This document shows, one piece after another, positions 23,160 through 31,227 of a DNA stretch of 32,000 nucleotides. Positions within the stretch are counted from its first letter, which is position 1; each line of letters begins with the position of its first letter. The DNA lies in assembly GCA_021735045.1 (NCBI GenBank), contig JAIPHU010000002.1:30001-62000 (forward strand). Reading direction: 5' to 3'. The DNA comes from Candidatus Omnitrophota bacterium (GTDB taxonomy: Bacteria > Omnitrophota > Gorgyraeia > Duberdicusellales > 4484-171). Position numbers and translations under genes: made by a program. The notes below the pieces were generated by a model. It saw only the letters and a list, made by a program, of their open reading frames with translations, searched no databases and had not been told where the DNA came from.

Positions 23160-24434
23160 ATGGGTAAAATTTACATTAAAACATTCGGCTGTCAGATGAA
23201 TGATCGTGATTCGGAGGCTCTGCTCGGGCTTTTTTTACAGAAGGGGTATATTCAGGCAAAGTCCGAGAAAGATGCTGAGGTTATTTTGGTTAACACCTGC
23301 TCGGTACGTGATCATGCTGAAAACCGTGCCCTGTCGTTGTTGGGAACCTACAAGAAATTCAAGCAAGGTACCGAAGGACGATGGACGAAGGACGAGGGAC
23401 AAAAGATGAAATCGTCTAACGTCCGAGCGAAGCGGTCATCCATCGCCTCTCGGAAAGTTATTGGCCTCATTGGATGCATGGCGAAAAATAAGGGGGATGA
23501 AATTTTTAGTAAGATGCCGTATATTGATTTAATTTGTGGCCCTTCTGCCTTTTTTAAAATTCCGGAATATGTGGAAAGAATTAAGCGAAGTAAACGAAGT
23601 GAACGGAGTCCTGAGCGACTGAAGGAAGTCCTGAGCGAAGCCGAAGGGCGACCGAAGGGAGTCGAAGGAGATAAAGGTTTAAGGATAAAGGATCTAGAGG
23701 ATAGAGATAGAGACGAAAGTTTTTATGACAGTGTTTACCGTAAAGAGCCAGATCATGCCCAAGTAGTTATTTCCACCGGTTGTTCCAATTTTTGTGCCTA
23801 CTGTATTGTGCCTCATACTCGCGGCAGACTTCGGCCGAGAAATCCGGATAAGATAATCGCTGAGATAAAGGAGAATATAAAACAAGACAGGAGAAAGATT
23901 ACTTTATTGGGCCAAAACGTCAATGACTATCATTTTAAGTCACAAGTTATTAATTTTGTGGAATTATTGAGAAAAATCGATAAAATTGAGGGGTTGGAAG
24001 AGTTGGATTTTGTAACTAGCCATCCCAAAAACACCTGCCAAGAACTATTTAAAGTAATGGCTGAATCTGATAAAATTAAAAAACATCTTCACCTGCCTTT
24101 TCAATCCGGCTCAAACCGGATTTTAAAGTTAATGAGGAGGGGCTACAGTAGAGAAGAATATATTGAACTCACTAATCAATATAAACAAATAACCGGCGGG
24201 ACTTTGGGAACAGATATTATCATTGGGTTTCCCAGTGAAACCGAAGAAGATTTTAATCAAACTAAAAGTTTGGTAGAAGAAGTAGGTTTTAAGTATGCTT
24301 TTATCTTTAAGTACTCTCCGCGCTTAAAAACTAAAGCAGCAGAAATGGTAGATGATGTTTTAGAAAAAGTTAAAAGCAGACGTCACAAGAAACTTCTTGA
24401 TTTACAAAAAGAAATTTCTGCTTCAATAAAATGA
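23160..24434 (+). CDS. miaB: tRNA-i6A37 methylthiotransferase MiaB-like radical SAM enzyme, with two in-frame insertions and no TRAM domain
   Basis: MTTase N-domain cysteines (FGCQMN, NTCSVR, GCMA), radical SAM CSNFCAYC, and the HLPFQSGSNRILKLMRRGY and IIGFPSETEEDF motifs are present. The ORF ends at ...LLDLQKEISASIK, where the TRAM domain normally begins. Confidence 0.85.
   Translation: MGKIYIKTFGCQMNDRDSEALLGLFLQKGYIQAKSEKDAEVILVNTCSVRDHAENRALSLLGTYKKFKQGTEGRWTKDEGQKMKSSNVRAKRSSIASRKVIGLIGCMAKNKGDEIFSKMPYIDLICGPSAFFKIPEYVERIKRSKRSERSPERLKEVLSEAEGRPKGVEGDKGLRIKDLEDRDRDESFYDSVYRKEPDHAQVVISTGCSNFCAYCIVPHTRGRLRPRNPDKIIAEIKENIKQDRRKITLLGQNVNDYHFKSQVINFVELLRKIDKIEGLEELDFVTSHPKNTCQELFKVMAESDKIKKHLHLPFQSGSNRILKLMRRGYSREEYIELTNQYKQITGGTLGTDIIIGFPSETEEDFNQTKSLVEEVGFKYAFIFKYSPRLKTKAAEMVDDVLEKVKSRRHKKLLDLQKEISASIK
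23371..23453 (+). repeat. GC-rich in-frame insertion 1 in miaB, with imperfect terminal inverted repeats and a 7-bp tandem repeat
   Basis: CCGAAGGACGATGGA (23371..23385) matches the reverse complement of TCCATCGCCTCTCGG (23439..23453) at 12/15 positions. The tandem repeat GGACGAT GGACGAA GGACGAG GGAC spans 23376..23400. Confidence 0.7.
23584..23670 (+). repeat. GC-rich in-frame insertion 2 in miaB, composed of short direct repeats
   Basis: AGTCCTGAGCGA occurs twice (23607..23618 and 23627..23638, 20-bp period). CCGAAGGGCGA / CCGAAGGGAGT / CGAAGGAG follow (23641..23670, 11-bp period). There are six CGAAG pentamers in 87 nt. Confidence 0.75.
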
Positions 24435-25186
24435 CAAATAAAAAAACAATTAGTATATACTTACTTAGTTTGTCTTTTATCCTTTATTTTTTATCCTTTC
24501 CTGCTTATCCAGCTTCTCTAGAAGATGCACAGCGCCAGTATTTGTTTGGTAATTTAGATAAAGCCGTTAGGTTAGCAAAAAGATTAAGAAGTAGTGCCCA
24601 AAATATTTATTTTTTAGGGCTTGTATATATTAAGAAAAAAGAATACAGAAAAGCTCGCTATTACTTTAAAAAAATAATTGATAATTATCAAAATTCTTAT
24701 TTTTATCAAAAAAGTCAAATCAAACTAGCAGATAGTTATTTTTTTGAAGGTAGCTATCAAAAAGCCAATCAGCTATTCACTAATATTTTAAATAAGAAAA
24801 ACCAGAAAAACGATGAACCTTTGATTTTGCTTCGCTTGGCCCAAGTTGCGGCCAAACAGGGAAAGTGGGCCGATAAAGAAAAGTATTCAACTGTTTTAAA
24901 AAATAGATATCCCAATTCTTTAGAAATTAAATATATTAAGATTCTTGATTCTTACGGAAGTTTTTTCACTGTACAAATTGGTGCTTTTAGCGATAAAAGC
25001 AACGCTTTAAATCTATATAATCAAATCTCGAAAGATTTTGATGACCATGTTTTTATTGTTGAAAAAAAGAACCAGGACTTTCCTATCTACAAGGTAAGAG
25101 TAGGGAAGTTTAAAGATCGTTATTCGGTAGAAAAATTGGCGGAAAAATTACAAAATCAAGGTTACCCAACCAGAATTTATCCCTAA
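24431..25186 (+). CDS. TPR-repeat protein with C-terminal SPOR (peptidoglycan-binding) domain and N-terminal signal/anchor
   Basis: A hydrophobic N-terminus is followed by TPR-like YxxA/G repeats. The SPOR-like C-terminus reads FTVQIGAFSDKSNALNLYNQ...YKVRVGKFKDRYSVEKLAEKLQNQGY. Confidence 0.75.
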   Translation: MTNKKTISIYLLSLSFILYFLSFPAYPASLEDAQRQYLFGNLDKAVRLAKRLRSSAQNIYFLGLVYIKKKEYRKARYYFKKIIDNYQNSYFYQKSQIKLADSYFFEGSYQKANQLFTNILNKKNQKNDEPLILLRLAQVAAKQGKWADKEKYSTVLKNRYPNSLEIKYIKILDSYGSFFTVQIGAFSDKSNALNLYNQISKDFDDHVFIVEKKNQDFPIYKVRVGKFKDRYSVEKLAEKLQNQGYPTRIYP

Positions 25187-26145
25187 TGTCTAAAATTATA
25201 TTTATTGTAGGGCCGACGGCTACGGGAAAAAGTGATGTTGCCTATCTTTTGGCAAAAAGGCTCAAGGCAGAAATTATTTCCTGTGATTCGATGTTAGTCT
25301 ATAAGGAGCCAAAGATAATTACAGCAAAACCTGCAAAAAAAATGTTATCAGATATTCCGCATCATTTTATAAATTTAATTTCAGTTACTGAGAAATACAG
25401 CGTTTATGATTATTATCAAAAAGCAACCAAAAAAATAAAAGAACTTTATAACCAGAATATTCCGGCAGTTGTCTGTGGTGGAACCGGCCTTTATTTTAAG
25501 GTGCTTTTAGATGGGATTTTTTTACAATCAAAAAAGGATGACAGCCTACGAAAAAAACTTTATCAACAGGCTAAAGAGGGAGGGCTTGGAGTTCTATATA
25601 AAAAGTTGAGCCGGGTTGATCCCAAAACTAGCGAAAAGATTTCCGAAAACGACCAAAAAAGAATTATAAGAGCCTTAGAGGTATATTACCTTACTGGCAA
25701 GCCTATATCTTCTAAGAAAAAAGAAGCCAAAGGTCTTTGGGGTAAAACCCCGATTAAGGTCTTTGGCCTAAAGTTAGATCGAGGTAAGTTGTATGAGAGA
25801 ATAGAGCAAAGGGTAGATGACATGTTTAGCCAAGGAGCTATAGACGAGGTCAAGGGTTTATTAGATAAAAAACTGAGTTTAACTGCTGAAAAAATTATCG
25901 GCATCAATGAAATAAAAGATTATTTGAAAAATAAAGGGGACAGTCTCCATACAGGGACAGTTCCCCTAGTTGGGGAAGCAAAAGAAAAGATAAAACAAAA
26001 TACGCGCCGGTTTGCAAAAAGGCAAATCACTTGGTTTAAAAAAGACCCGCGGATAGAATGGATTGACGCCGAAGGTATGGCTGCTGAAGAAGTAGCAAAT
26101 ATGATAAGATGCAAGATGCAGGGAGCAAAAGGAGATAAACAATAA
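25186..26145 (+). CDS. miaA: tRNA dimethylallyltransferase MiaA
   Basis: P-loop GPTATGKS, the DSMLVYK and HHFI motifs, and the C-terminal NTRRFAKRQITWFKK are present. Confidence 0.92.
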   Translation: MSKIIFIVGPTATGKSDVAYLLAKRLKAEIISCDSMLVYKEPKIITAKPAKKMLSDIPHHFINLISVTEKYSVYDYYQKATKKIKELYNQNIPAVVCGGTGLYFKVLLDGIFLQSKKDDSLRKKLYQQAKEGGLGVLYKKLSRVDPKTSEKISENDQKRIIRALEVYYLTGKPISSKKKEAKGLWGKTPIKVFGLKLDRGKLYERIEQRVDDMFSQGAIDEVKGLLDKKLSLTAEKIIGINEIKDYLKNKGDSLHTGTVPLVGEAKEKIKQNTRRFAKRQITWFKKDPRIEWIDAEGMAAEEVANMIRCKMQGAKGDKQ

Positions 26146-26333
26146 ACAAATAACAAATTCCAAACAAATCCCAAATTACAATAAATAATAAAAGGGAAAT
26201 ATTAAAAAATCCAAATAGTTTTTAATTTGTATATTGTCTATTAGGTATTGTTTGTGATTTGGGATTTGTATATTGTAATTTATTCGCATCTTGTATTTTG
26301 GTTATTGATTATTTCACTGCGAAAAGTTAAACC

Positions 26334-27605
26334 ATGATTGAAACTCGCAAAAAAGAAAAAGCACTTTTAGTAGTAGCTAAAACTAAAGAAGAAAGCTGGA
26401 GTCGGAAAATGCTGTCTTCAGAGTTTAAGGCTTTGGTTCTTTCAACCGGGATTGAAGTGGTAAAGGTAGTTGATTTTAATCTAAATCAGCCGAATGCTTC
26501 GCTTTATATTGGCAAAGGAAAGGCCCAAGAGTTAAAAGAAGTTGTGGAGGAAAAAGATATCAACGTTGTTATCTTTAATAGCAACCTAAACTATAGCCAA
26601 CAAAGAAACTTAGAAGATCTCCTAGGATTAAAAACTTTAGATCGAACTCAGCTGATTTTAGATATTTTTGCAAAACATGCTAAAACTAAAGAAGGTAGCT
26701 TGCAAGTTGAACTAGCCCAGCTTCAATATCTATTGCCCAGGTTAAGGGGTAGAGGGGTAATGTTATCTCGTTTAGGTGGGGGGATTGGAACTGTTGGCCC
26801 GGGAGAAACTAAGCTAGAGGTAGACAGAAGAAAGATATCAGAAAGGATCACTAGATTAAAAAACGAGATAAAACAGATAAGCCAACATCGAGATGTTGCT
26901 CGGAAAAAACGTCAGCGTCAAAAGATTCCAATTTGTTCACTGGTAGGCTATACCAATGCTGGAAAGACCACGCTCTTTAACCTTTTGACTGAGAATAACC
27001 AAAAAACATCAGCCAACTTATTTACTACCTTAGATACAGTAACCAGAAAAACTAAAATCGAAGAAGGGATGGATGCTATTATTTCTGATACGGTTGGTTT
27101 TATCCATAGGTTGCCACCAAACCTAATAGAGGCTTTTAAAGCTACTTTAGAAGAGCTAAATTATTCAGACCTTTTACTTCATGTTATTGACGCCAGTGCA
27201 GCCAATATAAAACAGATAAGAAGATCTGTTGAGCAAGTTTTAACAGAGTTGGATCTTAAAGACAAAGATAAAATTGTTATTTTTAATAAAATAGATAGTT
27301 TAGACCAGATAACCTTAGAGAAGATGGAAAGGGCTTATCCGGACAGTATTTTTATCTCAGCATCAACTGGCCAAGGTATCGCTAAGATGAAAGAAGAAAT
27401 CTATAAGTATCTTTCCAATAATTTTCTTGAACTGGTGGTAAAAATTCCTATTTCCAGAATGGATATCATGAATTTTTTTTACAGAAACAGTCAAGTGCTA
27501 AAAACAAAATATGATAAAGATAATATTTCTTGTTGGATAAGAATTTCAAGATCTAAACTACCTTTTTTAAAAAAAGAAAATCTTGAAATGGAAAACCTTC
27601 CTTAA
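26334..27605 (+). CDS. hflX: GTPase HflX
   Basis: An HflX N-terminal domain with the LAQLQYLLPRL coiled region is present. G motifs are GYTNAGKTTLFN, DTVGF and NKID. Confidence 0.9.
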   Translation: MIETRKKEKALLVVAKTKEESWSRKMLSSEFKALVLSTGIEVVKVVDFNLNQPNASLYIGKGKAQELKEVVEEKDINVVIFNSNLNYSQQRNLEDLLGLKTLDRTQLILDIFAKHAKTKEGSLQVELAQLQYLLPRLRGRGVMLSRLGGGIGTVGPGETKLEVDRRKISERITRLKNEIKQISQHRDVARKKRQRQKIPICSLVGYTNAGKTTLFNLLTENNQKTSANLFTTLDTVTRKTKIEEGMDAIISDTVGFIHRLPPNLIEAFKATLEELNYSDLLLHVIDASAANIKQIRRSVEQVLTELDLKDKDKIVIFNKIDSLDQITLEKMERAYPDSIFISASTGQGIAKMKEEIYKYLSNNFLELVVKIPISRMDIMNFFYRNSQVLKTKYDKDNISCWIRISRSKLPFLKKENLEMENLP

Positions 27606-27614
27606 TACTAACCT

Positions 27615-27635
27615 ATTCCGTTCCCGCAACGGAAT
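27615..27635 (+). terminator. hairpin immediately after hflX
   Basis: ATTCCGTT (27615..27622), CCCGC loop, AACGGAAT (27628..27635). No clear T-tract. Confidence 0.5.
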
Positions 27636-27764
27636 GAAATTGGTTGATTTTATTTGGTTTTGAGAATTTAAATATATTTAAAAAATAATTTAAAAGTTTT
27701 TGAAAAATAACTTGACAAAATTGTAAATATATTGTATAAATGAGTTGTAAAAAGGGAAAAAGCA

Positions 27765-28043
27765 ATGAAGTGGAAAGATTTAGAAGAAAATTTTGATTTA
27801 GATATTCCCGTAGAGGAGCCGATCTTTCCGGTGAATATAGTTTGTAAGCTGCTTGATATCCAGTATTATCTGCTCCATGAGGTTGTAAAAGAGGGGATTT
27901 TAGATAAGAAGAAAAAACAAAAGAAGAAACTGTTTTCACTAAAGGATATAAAGCAACTAAAATACATAAAATATCTAGTAGAAGATCAAGGCGTGAATAT
28001 TAAGGGGGTAAGAGTAATTTTAGAGATAAAAGAAAAGGAGTGA
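27765..28043 (+). CDS. hspR: MerR-family regulator resembling heat-shock repressor HspR
   Basis: MerR HTH layout (IVCKLLDIQYYLLHEVVKEGIL...LFSLKDIKQLKYIKYLVEDQGVNIKGVRVILEI). It is located at the head of a chaperone cluster. The candidate promoter is TTGACA-17-TATAAA at about 27709..27737. Confidence 0.65.
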   Translation: MKWKDLEENFDLDIPVEEPIFPVNIVCKLLDIQYYLLHEVVKEGILDKKKKQKKKLFSLKDIKQLKYIKYLVEDQGVNIKGVRVILEIKEKE

Positions 28044-28061
28044 TTTTTTTTTGGGTTATTC

Positions 28062-28088
28062 TTAGCACTCTTGGCTTGGGAGTGCTAA
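28062..28088. promoter_or_regulatory. CIRCE operator (HrcA binding site) upstream of hsp20
   Basis: TTAGCACTC-N9-GAGTGCTAA is a perfect match to the CIRCE consensus. It lies 22 nt upstream of ATG 28110. Confidence 0.95.
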
Positions 28089-28109
28089 GAATAAAAAAGG
28101 AGGTAAATT

Positions 28110-28556
28110 ATGAAACTTGCACCTTATCATCAAGACGATCCTTTTAGGTTGTTACGTGATTTTGGTAAAGAGATTGATAGCTTTTTTGAATCACCATTTA
28201 AAGGCATTACTAAAAAAGATGCTGATTTTGCTTTGCCATCTTTAGATATTTCCGAAGATAAGGATAATATCTATGTTGATGCGGATTTGCCAGGTTTTGA
28301 GCAAAAGGATGTTAAAGTAAAGATGAAAAAAGATAGCTTAGTTATTAGTGCTAGTAAAGATGATAAAAGTGAAGAAAAAAAGAAAAATTATTATCATTGT
28401 GAACGGTATCAGGGAAGTTTCTATCGGGAAGTAGCTCTTCCTCAAGCCATAAATGATAAAAACATAAAAGCTAGCTACAAAAACGGTGTATTGAAAGTAA
28501 CTCTCCCCAAAAGTAAAGAAGAAAAAGAAAAAGAGATTTCAATTGATGTTAAATAA
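28110..28556 (+). CDS. small heat-shock protein, Hsp20/alpha-crystallin family
   Basis: The alpha-crystallin domain (PSLDISEDKDNIYVDADLPGF...ASYKNGVLKVTLPK) is present. Strong SD and a CIRCE lie upstream. Confidence 0.9.
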   Translation: MKLAPYHQDDPFRLLRDFGKEIDSFFESPFKGITKKDADFALPSLDISEDKDNIYVDADLPGFEQKDVKVKMKKDSLVISASKDDKSEEKKKNYYHCERYQGSFYREVALPQAINDKNIKASYKNGVLKVTLPKSKEEKEKEISIDVK

Positions 28557-28560
28557 ATTG

Positions 28561-28589
28561 TTTGCACTCCCAAGCCTAAGGTGTTATTT
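28561..28589. promoter_or_regulatory. degenerate, inverted copy of the upstream CIRCE (including its spacer), overlapping a candidate clpB promoter
   Basis: GCACTCCCAAGCC (28564..28576) is the exact reverse complement of GGCTTGGGAGTGC (28073..28085). The right arm has decayed (AAGGTGTTA). The candidate promoter is TTGCAC (28562..28567), 17 nt spacer, TATTTT (28585..28590). Confidence 0.55.
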
Positions 28590-28594
28590 TGTTA

Positions 28595-28617
28595 CCAATT
28601 AACCAATTAACCAAATT
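28595..28617 (+). repeat. short version of the CCAATTAA octamer repeat (2 perfect units plus CCAAATT), directly abutting the clpB ATG
   Basis: CCAATTAA CCAATTAA CCAAATT, then ATG 28618. The sequence is G-free and there is no SD. Confidence 0.9.
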
Positions 28618-31227
28618 ATGAATTTAGAAAAATTTACCATTAAAGCTCAAGAAGTAATAGTTGCGGCATTAGAGGTGGCGCGTAAATTTAAGCACCAAGC
28701 TTTAATTCCCGAGCATATTCTTTATTCTTTGCTTAAAGACAAAAAAAATATTGCTTATAAGATTTTGGCTAAGCTGGGGGTAAATCCAGATGATGTTTTA
28801 AAAACAGCCCAAGATCATCTTTCTTCACTGCAAAAAGTTTTAGGGCAATCAGATCAAGTTTATGCCTCTCAAGCTACTGCACAGCTGTTAAGCCAAGCAA
28901 AAGAAGTTGCTAGTAAGTGGGGTGATCAATATGTAAGTTCAGAGTTGTTGCTTTACCTTCTTGGGGTTGATAAGAACTCATTGCTAGCCAATTACCTCAC
29001 TAAACAAGGGGTTAATTCTAAGGATATAGTCCGAGTTATAAAAGAAGTTCGCGGAACTCATAAAGTAGATACTCAGGCTGCTGAAAGTACTTACCAAGCT
29101 CTGGAAAAATTTGGCCGTGATTTAACTGAGATGGCAAAGAAAGGAAAACTGGATCCGGTGATTGGTCGAGACAATGAGATCAGACGGTTAATGCAGGTTT
29201 TATCACGCCGCACCAAAAATAATCCGGTTTTAATCGGTGATCCGGGGGTGGGGAAAACAGCAATTGCCGAAGGCCTAGCCCAGCGGATTGCTCAGCAGGA
29301 TGTACCTGAGGGTTTAAAAAATAAAAGAATAATTGCTCTTGACTTAGGGTTGATGGTTGCGGGAGCAAAATTTCGTGGTGAATTTGAACAACGGCTAAAA
29401 GGGGTTCTCAAAGAGATTGAAGCAAAACAAGGTGAAATTATTCTTTTTATTGACGAACTACATACAGTAGTTGGGGCTGGTTCGGCTGAAGGAGCAGTGG
29501 ATGCTGCAAACATGTTAAAACCAGCTTTAGCCCGAGGTACTTTACGTTGTATTGGCGCAACTACTTTAGATGAATACAGAAAACATATTGAAAAAGATGC
29601 GGCTCTGGAGCGAAGATTTCAGCAAATAATTGTTGAAGAGCCAACAGCTGAACAAACTATTGCAATTTTACGGGGATTAAAAGAAAAATATGAAGTGCAT
29701 CATGGAGTGAGATTGAAAGACTCTGCTTTAATTGCGGCAGCTATGCTTTCAGACCGTTATATAACGGGAAGATTTTTGCCGGATAAGGCAGTGGATTTAA
29801 TTGATGAAGCTGCATCCCACTTGCGGATTGAAATTGACAGTAAGCCGGAAGAGATTGATCGGCTGGAGAGAAAGATCTTAGAACTTCAAATTCAAAGACA
29901 GGCTTTAAAGAAGGAAAAAAGCAAACAAACTGAAAAGGAACTTAATCAAGTGGAGAAACAGATTAAAAGCTTAGAAAAAGAGTTGGATTTAAAGAAAAAA
30001 CATTGGGAAAAAGAAAAAGAGATCATTACTCAAATCCGCAACAAGAAAGAAGAGATCGATAAATTAAAAAATCAAACAGTTGAATTAGAAAAGGAGGGTA
30101 AATTAGATAAAGTCGCTGAAATTAGATATGGAAGAATTCCAGAACTTTCTGCTCAAGTCGAAGATTTTAACAAAAAGTTAATTAAATTACAAAAAAATGA
30201 AAAGATGTTAAAAGAAGAGGTTGATCAAGAAGATATTGCTCAGATTGTATCCCGTTGGACCCATATTCCAGTTTCTCGTTTGATGGAAGAAGAAGTTAAA
30301 AAATTGCTCCATATGGAAGAGGAGATTGAAAAAAGAGTAGTGGGTCAAAATCAGGCGGTAACTTTGATATCTGATTGTGTGCGCCGGGCTCGTTCTGGCC
30401 TAGCAGATCCCAACAAACCATTAGGCTCGTTTATTTTTGCCGGGCCAACCGGTGTAGGTAAGACCGAACTGGCGAAGGCTTTAGCGGAGTTTTTATTTGA
30501 TACAGAAGATGCATTGATTACCTTAGATATGAGTGAATATATGGAGAAGTTTGCGGTTTCTCGTTTGGTGGGAGCTCCTCCTGGTTATGTCGGCTACCAA
30601 CAAGGGGGACAGTTAACCGAGAAAGTAAGAAGACAACCTTATTCGGTAATATTATTTGACGAGATAGAAAAAGCCCATCCGGATGTATTTAACATTCTTT
30701 TACAAATTTTAGATGAAGGCCGGCTTACTGATTCACAAGGCCGAATTGTAAACTTTAAAAATACTTTAATTATCATGACTTCTAACGTTGGAAATCAGTT
30801 CTTTAACGATCCTCAAGTAAAAAAAGAGATAATTGAAAGAAACTTAAGACAGGAGTTAAAGAAACACTTTCGCCCGGAACTGTTAAACCGCCTAGATAGT
30901 ATTGTTGTTTTTAACAGCCTTGAGCTCTCTGAGATCAAAAAAATAGTAGATATTCAAATGCAAACCATCAAGAAGAGATTGGCAGATAAAAATATAAAGG
31001 TCGAGCTCACACCTCTAGTCCGTGATTTTTTGGCAGAAAGAGGATTTTCGCCTGAATATGGTGCAAGGCCCTTGAAACGGGTAATTCAGCGGTTGGTAGT
31101 TAATCCTTTAAGCGTTGATTTGATAAAGGGGAGATTTATGCCAGGAGATAAAATAAAGGTTAAAAAGGAAGATAAGCAGATATTTTTTGTAAAACTAAAA
31201 CAAGATAAAAAAAAGGAGGATAAGTGA
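28618..31227 (+). CDS. clpB: ATP-dependent chaperone/disaggregase ClpB
   Basis: A Clp N-domain, two AAA+ modules (GDPGVGKTA and GPTGVGKTE Walker A) and a long coiled-coil M-domain between them are present. The protein is 869 aa. Confidence 0.95.
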   Translation: MNLEKFTIKAQEVIVAALEVARKFKHQALIPEHILYSLLKDKKNIAYKILAKLGVNPDDVLKTAQDHLSSLQKVLGQSDQVYASQATAQLLSQAKEVASKWGDQYVSSELLLYLLGVDKNSLLANYLTKQGVNSKDIVRVIKEVRGTHKVDTQAAESTYQALEKFGRDLTEMAKKGKLDPVIGRDNEIRRLMQVLSRRTKNNPVLIGDPGVGKTAIAEGLAQRIAQQDVPEGLKNKRIIALDLGLMVAGAKFRGEFEQRLKGVLKEIEAKQGEIILFIDELHTVVGAGSAEGAVDAANMLKPALARGTLRCIGATTLDEYRKHIEKDAALERRFQQIIVEEPTAEQTIAILRGLKEKYEVHHGVRLKDSALIAAAMLSDRYITGRFLPDKAVDLIDEAASHLRIEIDSKPEEIDRLERKILELQIQRQALKKEKSKQTEKELNQVEKQIKSLEKELDLKKKHWEKEKEIITQIRNKKEEIDKLKNQTVELEKEGKLDKVAEIRYGRIPELSAQVEDFNKKLIKLQKNEKMLKEEVDQEDIAQIVSRWTHIPVSRLMEEEVKKLLHMEEEIEKRVVGQNQAVTLISDCVRRARSGLADPNKPLGSFIFAGPTGVGKTELAKALAEFLFDTEDALITLDMSEYMEKFAVSRLVGAPPGYVGYQQGGQLTEKVRRQPYSVILFDEIEKAHPDVFNILLQILDEGRLTDSQGRIVNFKNTLIIMTSNVGNQFFNDPQVKKEIIERNLRQELKKHFRPELLNRLDSIVVFNSLELSEIKKIVDIQMQTIKKRLADKNIKVELTPLVRDFLAERGFSPEYGARPLKRVIQRLVVNPLSVDLIKGRFMPGDKIKVKKEDKQIFFVKLKQDKKKEDK

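Noticed and set aside
23200-23409. A 69-aa + strand ORF overlapping miaB in another frame.
   Set aside because: It lies entirely within miaB, which has unambiguous family motifs in its own frame. The alternate frame is kept open largely by the GC-rich insertion and has no start context.
27700-27764. A HAIR (HspR-associated inverted repeat) at the hspR-like promoter.
   Set aside because: I looked for CTTGAGT-N7-ACTCAAG. Only partial words are present (ACTTGAC, GAGTTG), and they are not in inverted orientation. The repeated ATTGTA words are better explained as -35/-10-like promoter hexamers.
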